From an uncultured Chloroflexia bacterium (GTDB lineage Bacteria > Chloroflexota > Limnocylindria > Limnocylindrales > CSP1-4): 64,000 nucleotides of DNA. The notes below the pieces were generated by a model. The model saw only the letters and a program-made list of their open reading frames with translations, was not told the origin of the DNA and did not search any database. The translations under genes and the position numbers were made by a program. Where the stretch lies: NCBI GenBank assembly GCA_963745295.1, contig CAVUWG010000003.1, positions 679,497 through 743,496 of the forward strand, in the 5' to 3' direction. Below are positions 16,854 to 25,906 of the stretch, in pieces (within the stretch, counting starts at the first letter, position 1; every line of letters starts with the position of its first letter).

Positions 16854-17126
16854 ATGGCATTCACCCGTGTCGATCCGGTCCAGGTCCACGTTCGGACCGG
16901 TTGGTTCGACGGACGACCGCGCGAGGTCACCTGGGGCGCCACGCGCCTGCCGGTCACCCGTCTGAGCGTCGTCCGCGAGGAGGCCGCCGCCTATCCGGTG
17001 ATCACCGGCCCGCGCACGTTGTTCGAGGTCGAGACGCCCCGAGCCCGGCTGTCGCTGACCTATCACCACCGGTCGCGGCGATGGACCGTGACGGGCCTGG
17101 ACGAGGCGATCCGCCTGGCGGCCTGA
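16854..17126 (+). CDS. SOS-box-preceded 90-aa protein of unknown function
   Basis: ORF 16854..17126. AAGGAG lies 7 nt before the ATG and GC3 is very high. No TM helix and no motif I can name. Confidence 0.75.
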   Translation: MAFTRVDPVQVHVRTGWFDGRPREVTWGATRLPVTRLSVVREEAAAYPVITGPRTLFEVETPRARLSLTYHHRSRRWTVTGLDEAIRLAA

Positions 17127-17140
17127 CGCTCGAACGCTCC

Positions 17141-17219
17141 GGACCGACCGGCAGCCCTCCCCTCCGGGTCGGTCCACCGTCGGTCGCGGGGCGGGTGCGC
17201 CGGTACCGCTCCCGCCCCG
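17141..17219 (+). terminator. two GC-rich hairpins (terminator-like, no U-tract)
   Basis: GGACCGACC/GGTCGGTCC (17141-17149 with 17167-17175) and CGGGGCGGG/CCCGCCCCG (17187-17195 with 17211-17219), between the 90-aa ORF and the next operon. Confidence 0.3.
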
Positions 17220-17299
17220 TCTCCGACACCTGACGGCATGTGCCGTCCGTCGCGGTCGTGCAGGGTGCACTCCCTCCGCCGCAACGCCTCCTGCGTACC

Positions 17300-17305
17300 T
17301 ACAAT
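17300..17305 (+). promoter_or_regulatory. -10 element TACAAT for a probably leaderless operon
   Basis: TACAAT ends 6 nt before GTG 17312, the plausible start of the cyclodeaminase gene. No SD lies in between. Confidence 0.35.
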
Positions 17306-17311
17306 CGTGGC

Positions 17312-17989
17312 GTGCAATCCTCCCCGTCCGATCGCTTCCGCGATCTGACCGTCGATGCGTTCGTCGCGCGTCTCGCCTCGTCCGAACCGGTGCCCGGCGG
17401 TGGCAGTGCGTCCGCCGTGGCGGCCAGCCTGGGAGCCGGCCTCGTGGCGATGGTCGCCGCGCTCTCCCAGGACCGTCCGAAGTACGCGGCCCATGCCGAT
17501 CTCCTGGCCTGGGCCGCCGAAACGGGCGGCGACCTGGTCGATCGCCTGCTGACACTCGCCGATGACGACGCCGCGTCGTACGCCCGGTTCGCGGCGGCCA
17601 GGAAACTGCCTCGCGACACCGAGACACAGCAGGAGGCACGCGATGCGGCGATGCGGGCGGCGGCGCGCGAGGCCTCCGAGATCCCGCTCGACTGCGTCGA
17701 GGCCTGCCTGGCCGTGATCGAGGTCGCCGAGGCCCTGGCCGGGCGGAGCAACGTCAACGCCGCAAGCGACCTGGCCGTGGCGACCCTGCTCGCGGAGGCC
17801 GGCGCACACGGGGCGGCCGCGAACGTGCTCATCAACCTGCCCTCGGTCGGCGACCCGGAGTTCGACGGCGAGATGACGGCCCGCGTCGACGAACTCATCC
17901 ACGAGGTCGAGCGCATCGCGGCGGCCGCCCGGGAAGCGGTGGGCAGCGGCGAGGCGCGCGACCCGATCCCGGCGCCCGGACGGGACTGA
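17312..17989 (+). CDS. fchA: formimidoyl-THF cyclodeaminase / methenyl-THF cyclohydrolase (FTCD C-terminal-domain family)
   Basis: ORF 17240..17989. Motifs [36 protein letters not shown] and [18 protein letters not shown] are typical of the cyclodeaminase domain. Start alternatives are 17240 and 17312. Confidence 0.8.
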   Translation: MQSSPSDRFRDLTVDAFVARLASSEPVPGGGSASAVAASLGAGLVAMVAALSQDRPKYAAHADLLAWAAETGGDLVDRLLTLADDDAASYARFAAARKLPRDTETQQEARDAAMRAAAREASEIPLDCVEACLAVIEVAEALAGRSNVNAASDLAVATLLAEAGAHGAAANVLINLPSVGDPEFDGEMTARVDELIHEVERIAAAAREAVGSGEARDPIPAPGRD

Positions 17990-17991
17990 GC

Positions 17992-18924
17992 GTGTCCGAC
18001 TCGGGCGGTGCCCGGCTCCTCGAGGGTGGTCCGATCGCGGATGAGATCCGAGTCGCCGTCGCCGAGGACGTCGCGCGGTTCCGGACCACCCGTGGCCGTC
18101 CGCCGGGCTTGCGCGTCGTCATCGTCGGCAAGGACGCGCCCTCGATGGTGTACCTCGAACGCATCCTGCGCGGCTGCGCGAAGGTCGGGATCGATGCCGG
18201 GTTCGTCGAGCTGGCAGGCGAGGCCACCGAGGCCCGGGTCACCGCGACGGTCCGTGACCTCAACGACGACCCGACCGTCGACGGGGTCATCGTCCAGATG
18301 CCGCTGCCACCGACCATCCGCCTGCGGGCGGTCATCGATGCGATCGATCCGGCCAAGGACATCGACGGGATCCATCCGCTCAATGCCGGCCTCCTGCGTC
18401 TCGGCTACGACGGGTTCCTGCCGGCGACGGCCCACGCCGCCGTCGAGATCCTGCGCCGATCGGGCATCCGGATCGAGGGCCAGGACGCGACGATCATCGG
18501 CCGGTCGGCGGTCGTCGGCATGCCCGCCGCGTTCCTGCTCGTGAAGGAGGACGCGACCGTCACGGTGTGCCACTCGCGGACCCGAGACCTCCCCGGTCAC
18601 GTCGCCCGGGCGGACATCGTCGTCGTCGCGGCCGGTCATCCAGGGCTCGTGACCGGGGCGATGCTCAAGCCGGGCGCGGTCGTCGTCGATGTCGGGATCA
18701 ACGTCGTCGATGGCCGGATCGTCGGCGACGTCGACTTCGCGTCGGCGGTCGAGGTCGCGTCGGCCATCACCCCTGTCCCGGGCGGCGTCGGACCCCTGAC
18801 CAACGCGATCCTGCTGACACACCTCGTCCGGGCCGCCGAGCGGCAGGCGCCGGCCGACCGCGCCGGGGCCCTCGACGGACCGGCGTCCCCATCACGGCCG
18901 GTGCTGTCCGGGGGCGACCGATGA
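17992..18924 (+). CDS. folD: bifunctional methylene-THF dehydrogenase / methenyl-THF cyclohydrolase
   Basis: 310-aa ORF with PGLRVVIVGKDAPSMVYL, VDGVIVQMPLP, DIDGIHPLN and TPVPGGVGPLT. Confidence 0.95.
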   Translation: MSDSGGARLLEGGPIADEIRVAVAEDVARFRTTRGRPPGLRVVIVGKDAPSMVYLERILRGCAKVGIDAGFVELAGEATEARVTATVRDLNDDPTVDGVIVQMPLPPTIRLRAVIDAIDPAKDIDGIHPLNAGLLRLGYDGFLPATAHAAVEILRRSGIRIEGQDATIIGRSAVVGMPAAFLLVKEDATVTVCHSRTRDLPGHVARADIVVVAAGHPGLVTGAMLKPGAVVVDVGINVVDGRIVGDVDFASAVEVASAITPVPGGVGPLTNAILLTHLVRAAERQAPADRAGALDGPASPSRPVLSGGDR

Positions 18925-20627
18925 GCATGCCGTCCGATCTCGAGATCGCCCGATCCGTGCGGCCACGACCGATCGTCGAGCTGGCCGCGGAATTGGGGAT
19001 CCGGGACGACGAGCTCGAGCTCTACGGGCCGACCAAGGCCAAGGTGACCCTCGAGGCCATCACCCGATTGGAGGCGGAACGTCCGCGCGGCAAGTACGTC
19101 GTGGTCACCGCGATCACGCCGACGCCGCTCGGCGAAGGCAAGTCGACCACCACGGTCGGGCTGGCCCAGGGTCTCAACAGGATCGGCCGGAAAGCGTCGG
19201 TCAACATCCGCCAGCCATCGCTCGGGCCGGTCTTCGGCATCAAGGGAGGAGCGGCGGGTGGCGGCTACAGCCAGGTCATCCCGATGGAGGATTTCAACCT
19301 CCACCTGACGGGCGATGTTCACGCCATCGGGGCCGCCCACAATCTTGCCGGCGCCTTCGTCGACAACAGCCTCCACCACAAGAACCCGCTGGGCATCGAT
19401 CCCCACGGCGTCCTCTGGCCGCGGGTCGTCGACATCAGCGACCGGGCGCTGCGCCACGTCATCATCGGCCTCGGCGGACGCGCGGACGGGATCCCACGCG
19501 AGACCGAGTTCGTCATCACGGTCGGTTCCGAGGTCATGGCCGTCCTCGCGCTGGCGACCGACCTCCAGGACCTGCGCGCGCGGCTCGGCCGGATCGTCCT
19601 CGCGACGCGGACCGACGGCTCGCCCGTGACCGCCGAGGACGTCGGCGTGGCCGGCGCGATGACCGTCCTGCTGCGCGATGCGATCAAGCCGAACCTGCTG
19701 CAGACGCTGGAGGGCGGCCCCGCCTTCGTCCACGCCGGGCCGTTCGCCAACATCGCGCACGGCAACAACTCGATCATCGCCGACCGCCTCGCGCTCGTGA
19801 CCAACGACATCGTCTGCACCGAGGCCGGGTTCGGGGCGGACATGGGCGCCGAGAAGTTCTTCGACATCAAGTGCCGGGCGTCCGGCCTCGCCCCTGATGC
19901 GGCCGTGGTGGTCGCCACGGTCCGGGCGCTCAAGATGCACGGCGGGGTCGGCAAGATCGTGGCCGGCAAACCACTCGATCCGGCCCTGCTCGCAGAGAAC
20001 GTGGATGCGGTCCGGGCCGGCGCCGCGAACCTCACCAAACAGATCGAGAACGTCACGATCTTCGGCATCCCGGCGGTCGTGGCGATCAACGCATTCCCCA
20101 CCGATACGCCGGCGGAGGTCGCGGCCATCCGCGAGGTGGCCTGGGCCGCGGGTGCGCGGGACGCGGTCGTGGCCACCCATTTCGCCGATGGTGGGGCAGG
20201 CGCCACGGCCCTCGCCGAGGCGGTGTGGGCCGCGGCCGAAGCCGGTGGCGGCGGCTTCAAGCTGCTCTATCCCGACGAGCTTCCGCTGGCCGACAAGATC
20301 GAGACGATCGTCACGAAGATCTACGGCGGTGATGGCGTGGAGTACCTGCCCGCGGCCCACCGGTCGCTCCGGCAGTTCGAGGCCCTCGGTTACGGCCAGC
20401 TGCCGATCTGCATGGCGAAGACCCAGTACTCGCTCAGCCACGACGCGAACCTGAAGGGACGCCCGACCGGGTTCACCGTGCCGATCCGCGAGATTCGGCT
20501 GTCGGCCGGCGCCGGCTTCATCACCCCGCTGTGCGGGGAGATGCGGACGATGCCGGGCCTGCCATCGAAGCCGGGCGGCGAAAACATCGACATCGATGCC
20601 GACGGGAACGTCGTCGGCCTGTTCTAG
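18921..20627 (+). CDS. fhs: formate--tetrahydrofolate ligase
   Basis: Internal ATG 18921 of ORF 18567..20627 (MSMPSDLEIARS...), overlapping the folD stop (ATGA). Motifs TPTPLGEGKSTTTVGL, FDIKCR and QYSLSHD. Confidence 0.95.
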   Translation: MSMPSDLEIARSVRPRPIVELAAELGIRDDELELYGPTKAKVTLEAITRLEAERPRGKYVVVTAITPTPLGEGKSTTTVGLAQGLNRIGRKASVNIRQPSLGPVFGIKGGAAGGGYSQVIPMEDFNLHLTGDVHAIGAAHNLAGAFVDNSLHHKNPLGIDPHGVLWPRVVDISDRALRHVIIGLGGRADGIPRETEFVITVGSEVMAVLALATDLQDLRARLGRIVLATRTDGSPVTAEDVGVAGAMTVLLRDAIKPNLLQTLEGGPAFVHAGPFANIAHGNNSIIADRLALVTNDIVCTEAGFGADMGAEKFFDIKCRASGLAPDAAVVVATVRALKMHGGVGKIVAGKPLDPALLAENVDAVRAGAANLTKQIENVTIFGIPAVVAINAFPTDTPAEVAAIREVAWAAGARDAVVATHFADGGAGATALAEAVWAAAEAGGGGFKLLYPDELPLADKIETIVTKIYGGDGVEYLPAAHRSLRQFEALGYGQLPICMAKTQYSLSHDANLKGRPTGFTVPIREIRLSAGAGFITPLCGEMRTMPGLPSKPGGENIDIDADGNVVGLF

Positions 20628-21268
20628 GTTTTGTCGTGCCCCCGCCTCGCGAGACCGAACAGTAGAGCCAGTCCGACGGCGCCGACGAGCGCCAGGCCGA
20701 TCAGCACGATCGAGCCGACATCCGGGAGCGGATCGAGCTCGGCCGGCGGCGGCTCGGGGATCACCGGTGGCCCGAACACGGCCACCGCCTCGGCCAGCAG
20801 CTCGCGGCCGAGGTCCGAGTCAAGGGGAGCGTGCGTCGTGCACAGGGACACGTCGTACCGTCCGATGGCGTTCCGACCGGTCGCGAAGATCCACTCGGTG
20901 CCGTTCGTGGGCGCGGTGGTCCCACACATGCCGCCCATCGGGTCCACGAACCCGGCCGGATCGAGGACGGCGACGCCGGACGGTGGGATCGCCCCCCGGA
21001 ACCAGCGCGTGAGCCGGACGGCCACGCCCTGCGCCTCATTCGCTCCAGCCGTCCCGGTGAACACCGAGAGCGTCGGGTCCGCCTTCGCTTCCAGCATGGG
21101 CTGGAACGACTGCATACACGAACAGGCCACGGTCGGCGGGGGCGCCACCAACGACACGATGGCGAAGCCCAGGGTCATCGCGAGGACAAGGACCAGCGAT
21201 CGGGTGCGCACGACCGGATGACGCCCGGGCGACACCCGGTGTTCCGTGTGCGGGCTGGCCCAAGGCAT
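20624..21268 (-). CDS. secreted, C-terminally membrane-anchored Cys-containing protein (N-terminal CSC motif)
   Basis: Internal ATG 21268 of ORF 20624..21592. Signal-like LVLVLAMTLGFAIVSLVAPPPTVA-CSC, 4 Cys in total, and a C-terminal TM helix (IVLIGLALVGAVGLALLFGL). TIMP/NTR-like N-terminus is only a guess. Confidence 0.6.
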   Translation of the reverse strand: MPWASPHTEHRVSPGRHPVVRTRSLVLVLAMTLGFAIVSLVAPPPTVACSCMQSFQPMLEAKADPTLSVFTGTAGANEAQGVAVRLTRWFRGAIPPSGVAVLDPAGFVDPMGGMCGTTAPTNGTEWIFATGRNAIGRYDVSLCTTHAPLDSDLGRELLAEAVAVFGPPVIPEPPPAELDPLPDVGSIVLIGLALVGAVGLALLFGLARRGHDKT

Positions 21269-21282
21269 CGCCGGCCCGAGCC

Positions 21283-21510
21283 TCAGACGGCCAACGCCCC
21301 GGTCGCGAGGGCGAAGCATGCGGCGATGACGACGCCGATCGCGACCCCGGCGACGCCCGCACCCCAGGCCGCGACGTCGATCGGGCCGAGGGACTCCTCG
21401 GGATGCGCGTGATCGTCGTGCCCGTGGTCGTCGCCATGATCGTCGGGAAGGTGATGCTCGACCGCCCCGGCGTGACCGGGGGCGTCGGTGTCGTGCGCGT
21501 CGGCGCTCAT
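21283..21510 (-). CDS. small His/Asp-rich protein with C-terminal TM helix
   Basis: 75-aa ORF with 9 His and ~10 Asp in the first 45 residues (HDTDAPGH...HHLPDDHGDDHGHDDHAH), then WGAGVAGVAIGVVIAACFALATGALAV. It is 14 nt upstream of the CSC protein gene. Confidence 0.55.
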   Translation of the reverse strand: MSADAHDTDAPGHAGAVEHHLPDDHGDDHGHDDHAHPEESLGPIDVAAWGAGVAGVAIGVVIAACFALATGALAV

Positions 21511-21557
21511 CGTCGGATCGGTACCTCCGGCGGCATTCTCGCAGACCGGTCCTCGGG

Positions 21558-22862
21558 GTGTTGCGCCTCGTAGACTCGGGCTTGATGGCCATCCCAGCCG
21601 GAGGACCCGACCCGGGACTCGTCGCGAGCCTGCGCGGGCTCGACCGCGACGGCCGCCTGCTCTTCGCGATGCGGACCCTGCGGATGTTCGCGTACGGGTT
21701 CCTCGCGGTCGTCCTGGTCCTCTACCTGGTCGCTCTCGGCCTCGATGCGCTGACCGTCGGGCTCGTCCTGACGCTGACCCTCGTCGGCGACACGCTGATC
21801 TCGCTCTGGCTGACGACCCACGCGGACCGCATCGGTCGCCGCCGGGTCCTGGTGGCCGGGGCCATCCTGATGGTCGTGGCCGGGCTGGCGTTCGTGCTCA
21901 CCGACTGGGTGCCGCTGCTCATCCTCGCGGCCACGATCGGGGTCCTCTCGCCGACCGGGAACGAGGTCGGGCCGTTCCTCGCGATCGAGTCGGCCGCGTT
22001 GTCGCAGACCGTCCCCGACACCCGGCGGACGGCGACATTCGCCTGGTACAACCTCGTCGGGTACGTCGCCACGGCCACCGGCGCCCTGGCCTCGGGCCTG
22101 CTCAGCCAGGCGCTCCTGGGTCGTGGGCTGGCGCCGGTCGAGGCCTATCGGGCGATCGTCGTCGGGTACGCGGTCATCGGCGTCGCGATGGCCATCGGGT
22201 TCTGGCGGCTCGGCAATGGGATCGAAGCCCCGCCCGCGGCGACGAGCGACGACGGGATCCGCCGGCGCCTCGGACTCGGTCGATCCAGGGGCATCGTCCT
22301 GCGCCTGTCGGTCCTCTTCTCGATCGACGCGTTCGGGGGCGGGTTCATCCCGCAGAGCCTGATGGCGTACTGGTTCCACATCCAGTTCGGCGTCGAGCCC
22401 GCGGTCCTTGGCGGCATCTTCTTCGCTGCCAACCTGCTGGCCGCAGTGTCGTCGCTCTCCGCGGCGAGGATCGCGGCGCGGTTCGGCCTGATCAACACGA
22501 TGGTCTTCACGCACCTTCCATCGAACGTGCTGCTGATCCTCGTGCCGCTCATGCCGACCCTGCCGCTCGCGATCGCCGTCCTCCTGCTCCGGTTCAGCCT
22601 GAGCCAGATGGACGTGCCGACACGCCAGTCGTACGTGCTCGCGGTCGTCGACCCCGACGAGCGATCCGCGGCGGCCGGTGTCACCGGCATCGCCCGGACG
22701 ACCGGAGCGGCACTCTCGCCGACGATCTCGTCCGTGCTGCTTGCGAGCGCCGGCTACGTCGCGCTGCCGTTCTACCTGGCCGGCGGGCTGAAGATCCTGT
22801 ACGACCTGCTGCTCTACCGGGACTTCAGATCCCTGAAGCCGCCGGAGGAACAGCGCTCCTGA
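21558..22862 (+). CDS. MFS transporter
   Basis: 434-aa ORF with a 12-TM profile and DRIGRRRVLVAGAILM between TM2 and TM3. The start may be ATG 21585. Confidence 0.85.
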   Translation: MLRLVDSGLMAIPAGGPDPGLVASLRGLDRDGRLLFAMRTLRMFAYGFLAVVLVLYLVALGLDALTVGLVLTLTLVGDTLISLWLTTHADRIGRRRVLVAGAILMVVAGLAFVLTDWVPLLILAATIGVLSPTGNEVGPFLAIESAALSQTVPDTRRTATFAWYNLVGYVATATGALASGLLSQALLGRGLAPVEAYRAIVVGYAVIGVAMAIGFWRLGNGIEAPPAATSDDGIRRRLGLGRSRGIVLRLSVLFSIDAFGGGFIPQSLMAYWFHIQFGVEPAVLGGIFFAANLLAAVSSLSAARIAARFGLINTMVFTHLPSNVLLILVPLMPTLPLAIAVLLLRFSLSQMDVPTRQSYVLAVVDPDERSAAAGVTGIARTTGAALSPTISSVLLASAGYVALPFYLAGGLKILYDLLLYRDFRSLKPPEEQRS

Positions 22863-22869
22863 GTGGGCG

Positions 22870-23544
22870 TCACGTACCTGCGCGAGCGGCCCGCCGTGGC
22901 TTGACGATGCGGAACCAGATCCAGCCGACCACGACGATGAGGAGCACGGCCAGGACCGCGTATTCGAAGCGCTTGAGCCAGGCGCCGATCGTCTCCCAGT
23001 TCGCTCCGAGGGCGACACCGGCGAACACGAGCGCCGCGGTCCATGGGAGCGAGCCGAGGAACGTGAAGATCGTGAAGCGCCCGAGTGGCATCCGGGCCAC
23101 GCCGGCGGCGAACGACACCAGGGAGCGGATGATCGGGATCATCCGGCCGAAGAAGCTGGCCGCCTGGCCGTGCCGCGCGAAGAACTGGTCGGCGCGATCG
23201 AGGTCGCTCGTCGTGATCCCGAGGTAGCGGCCCCATCGCTCGATGATGGGGCGGCCGCCCCAGGCCCCGATGCCGTAGGCGATGAGCGCCCCGACCGTCG
23301 CCCCGATGGTCCCGGCAAGCACGACCAGCCAGTAGTTCCAGGCGGCGCCGGTGATCGGTTCGATGGCCACCCCCTCGCCCACCAGGAACCCGGCGAACGG
23401 CAGCACGATCTCGGAGGGGATCGGGATGATGACGCTCTCGATGGCCACCCACAGCGCGACGCCGAGGTAACCGACGCTGTCGTAGATCTGGGTGACCAGC
23501 TCCCGGACCGGACCGTTGAGGAAGTCGAACACGGCCGGCAGCAT
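22870..23544 (-). CDS. DedA / SNARE-associated family membrane protein
   Basis: 224-aa ORF with IPIPSEIVLPFAGFLVG and GRMIPIIRSLVSFAAGVARM. Confidence 0.9.
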   Translation of the reverse strand: MLPAVFDFLNGPVRELVTQIYDSVGYLGVALWVAIESVIIPIPSEIVLPFAGFLVGEGVAIEPITGAAWNYWLVVLAGTIGATVGALIAYGIGAWGGRPIIERWGRYLGITTSDLDRADQFFARHGQAASFFGRMIPIIRSLVSFAAGVARMPLGRFTIFTFLGSLPWTAALVFAGVALGANWETIGAWLKRFEYAVLAVLLIVVVGWIWFRIVKPRRAARAGT

Positions 23545-23564
23545 AGCCGACTATCCTCGGACCA

Positions 23565-25172
23565 GTGAGTGACCCGGATGTCCCGCACTACTACCCGGAC
23601 CGACGTGCAGCAGCCACTGTCGTCCTGACGGGCGCGGACCTGACGATCGCCGACGTCGAAGCCGTGGCGCGCGACGGGTCGCCCGTCGCCCTCGACGTCC
23701 ACGCCCGGGAGCGGATGCAGGAGGCTCGCGGCGTCATCGAGTCCCTGGTCGCCGAGGGCGCCGTCGTCTACGGGGTCACGACCGGCTTCGGCGACCTCGC
23801 GACGACGTTCGTCGACCCGGAGCGATCAGGGGAGCTCCAGCGCCGGCTGCTGATGAGCCATGCGGCCGGCGTCGGGCGACCGTTTCCTCGTGAGGTCGTC
23901 CGGGCGATGCTCCTGCTGCGGGCCAACACCCTTGCGCTCGGCCACAGCGGGTGCCGGCCGGTGATCGTCGACCGTCTCCTCGCGTTGCTCGACCACGGGA
24001 TCCACCCGGTGGTGCCCGAACAGGGCAGCGTCGGGGCGTCCGGCGATCTCGCGCCCCTTGCGCACCTGGCGCTGCCCCTCATCGGGCGCGGCGAGGTCGA
24101 GGTCGGGGGCACGGTCGTGCCGGCCGGCCAGGCGCTGCGGGAGGCCGGCCTCGAACCGTTGGAGCTCGGTCCGAAGGAGGGCCTCGCGCTCCTCAACGGC
24201 ACGCAGCTGATGGGCGCCATCGGGGCGCTCCTGCTCGCCGACGCCGACCGGCTCGTGCGGACCGCGTCGGTCGCGGCTGCGATGAGCGTCGAGGCCCTGC
24301 TCGGGACGGAGGTGGCCTTCGCCGCCGCCTACCAGCTCGCGCGACCGCACCCGGGCCAGGTCGCGGTCGCCGCGCAGCTCCGGCACCTGCTGCGCGACAG
24401 CGACCTCCAGCGCAGCCATCACGATTCCGTCCACAAGGTCCAGGACCCGTACTCCCTCCGGTGCGTGCCACAGGTCCACGGGGCCGTGCAGGATGCCCTC
24501 GACCACCTCCGTCGCGTGCTGGACATCGAGCTCAACTCGGCGACCGACAACCCCCTCGTCTTCGCCGGCGGGGGTGTGGCGCCGGTCGATGCGCTCGCGA
24601 CCGGCGGCGGCCGGGTCATCAGCGGCGGCAACTTCCATGGGGAGCCGATCGCTCTCGCGCTCGACTTCGCCAAGCTCGCGCTCGCGGAGCTGGGCTCGAT
24701 CAGCGAGCGCCGGACGGCGCTCCTCGTCGATCCGCGGCTCAACGGCGGGCTGCCGCCCTTCCTGGCCGCCGGTTCGGGCATCGATTCGGGGATGATGATC
24801 TACCAGTACACGGCCGCCGCCCTCGCCAGTGAGCACAAGGTGCTGGCCCATCCTGCGTCGGTCGATTCGATCCCGACCAGTGCGAACCAGGAGGACCATG
24901 TCTCGATGGGCGCGACCTCGGCGCGCCATGCCCGGCTCGTCCTCGAGGGCGTCGAGCGGATCCTGTCGATCGAGCTCCTGGTCGCGACGCAGGCGCTGGA
25001 CCTGCGGCTGTCGTCGTCTGACTCGCCGGCACCCGGGCTCGGCGTCGCCGAGGCGCGGGCGCGCGTCCGCGCCGCCGTCGCGCACCTGGACGAGGACCGC
25101 GAGCCGGGTCCGGACCTCGCGTCAGCGCTCGACCTCGTGCACCGCGGCGCGCTCGCCGATCTCGCGGGTTGA
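23565..25172 (+). CDS. hutH: histidine ammonia-lyase
   Basis: 535-aa ORF with the MIO-forming GSVGASGDLAPLAHL motif and SANQEDHVSMG. Confidence 0.95.
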   Translation: MSDPDVPHYYPDRRAAATVVLTGADLTIADVEAVARDGSPVALDVHARERMQEARGVIESLVAEGAVVYGVTTGFGDLATTFVDPERSGELQRRLLMSHAAGVGRPFPREVVRAMLLLRANTLALGHSGCRPVIVDRLLALLDHGIHPVVPEQGSVGASGDLAPLAHLALPLIGRGEVEVGGTVVPAGQALREAGLEPLELGPKEGLALLNGTQLMGAIGALLLADADRLVRTASVAAAMSVEALLGTEVAFAAAYQLARPHPGQVAVAAQLRHLLRDSDLQRSHHDSVHKVQDPYSLRCVPQVHGAVQDALDHLRRVLDIELNSATDNPLVFAGGGVAPVDALATGGGRVISGGNFHGEPIALALDFAKLALAELGSISERRTALLVDPRLNGGLPPFLAAGSGIDSGMMIYQYTAAALASEHKVLAHPASVDSIPTSANQEDHVSMGATSARHARLVLEGVERILSIELLVATQALDLRLSSSDSPAPGLGVAEARARVRAAVAHLDEDREPGPDLASALDLVHRGALADLAG

Positions 25173-25188
25173 CCGAACCGGGCCCGGA

Positions 25189-25785
25189 TCAGCGCCCGAA
25201 GCGCCCCCGGCTTGCCGCCTTGGCCGTCGCCGGGTCGGTGTCGGTCCGAAAGCCCGTGCGGCGGAGGATGGCGTCGATCTCGGCGAGGTACGGCTTGCCT
25301 TCCGGCCGGCCCTCCAGCCAGACGAGGTAGCCCGGGTCCACGCGGGCGATCTCCCCGATGGACCAGCCGACATGGCGCCCGAACTGCAGGACGCTGCCCG
25401 ACGGTCGACCCGGTGGCCGGCCCGCGGCGCCCGTCCCGTCACGCTGCACCGGGCGGTCGGCCGGCTGGTAGGCCGTGGCGGTCTTCCGGGCGGCCTCGGC
25501 CTGGGTCGGCGACGACGGGTCGTGGTGATGGGGGCGTCGGCGTGCCTTCGCCGCACGGATGGGGTCGATCTCGTCGAGTTCGATGTCGTACTCGGACCGC
25601 CGGACCGGGTCGCGGACGCGATCGAACGCGGCGTTGATCTTCATCATCCGTTTGGTCGCCGACTCGCCTGCGATGTCCGGGTGATACCGGCGCGCCAGCC
25701 GGCGATAGGCAGCCTGGATCGCGTCATCGTCCACGCTCGGTTCGACCCCGAGCACGGAGTATGCGTCGCTGGCTCTGGTTGACAC
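25189..25785 (-). CDS. J-domain protein with DUF3820-like C-terminus
   Basis: GTG 25785, after GGAAGGA, within ORF 25189..25926. J-domain motif DAYSVLGV...AYRRLARRYHPD. The C-terminal FGRHVGWSIGEIARVDPGYLVWL motif is recognised from memory. Confidence 0.8.
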   Translation of the reverse strand: MSTRASDAYSVLGVEPSVDDDAIQAAYRRLARRYHPDIAGESATKRMMKINAAFDRVRDPVRRSEYDIELDEIDPIRAAKARRRPHHHDPSSPTQAEAARKTATAYQPADRPVQRDGTGAAGRPPGRPSGSVLQFGRHVGWSIGEIARVDPGYLVWLEGRPEGKPYLAEIDAILRRTGFRTDTDPATAKAASRGRFGR

Positions 25786-25906
25786 CCCGAATCCTTCCAC
25801 GTCGCCTCGGTAGGTGTGACTACTGGGCTGCACACCCGCCGCCCGAGCCGACTGTAGCAAATGCGAGCAGCCATTCGGTGCTTGCCACACCGTAGACTCA
25901 CGAATC

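Noticed and set aside
17127-17311. Possible ZTP (pfl) or THF riboswitch upstream of the fchA-folD-fhs one-carbon operon
   Set aside because: The spacer has three GC-rich hairpins, but I could not find the conserved ZTP 3' element (CCGCCUGGGC-like) or any THF-riboswitch-like core. The probable leaderless start at 17312 also leaves no 5' UTR. It should still be run through Rfam.
17299-20441. Minus-strand ORFs 17299..18822 (507 aa) and 18636..20441 (601 aa)
   Set aside because: Antisense to fchA-folD-fhs. Arg/Asp-rich, without motifs.
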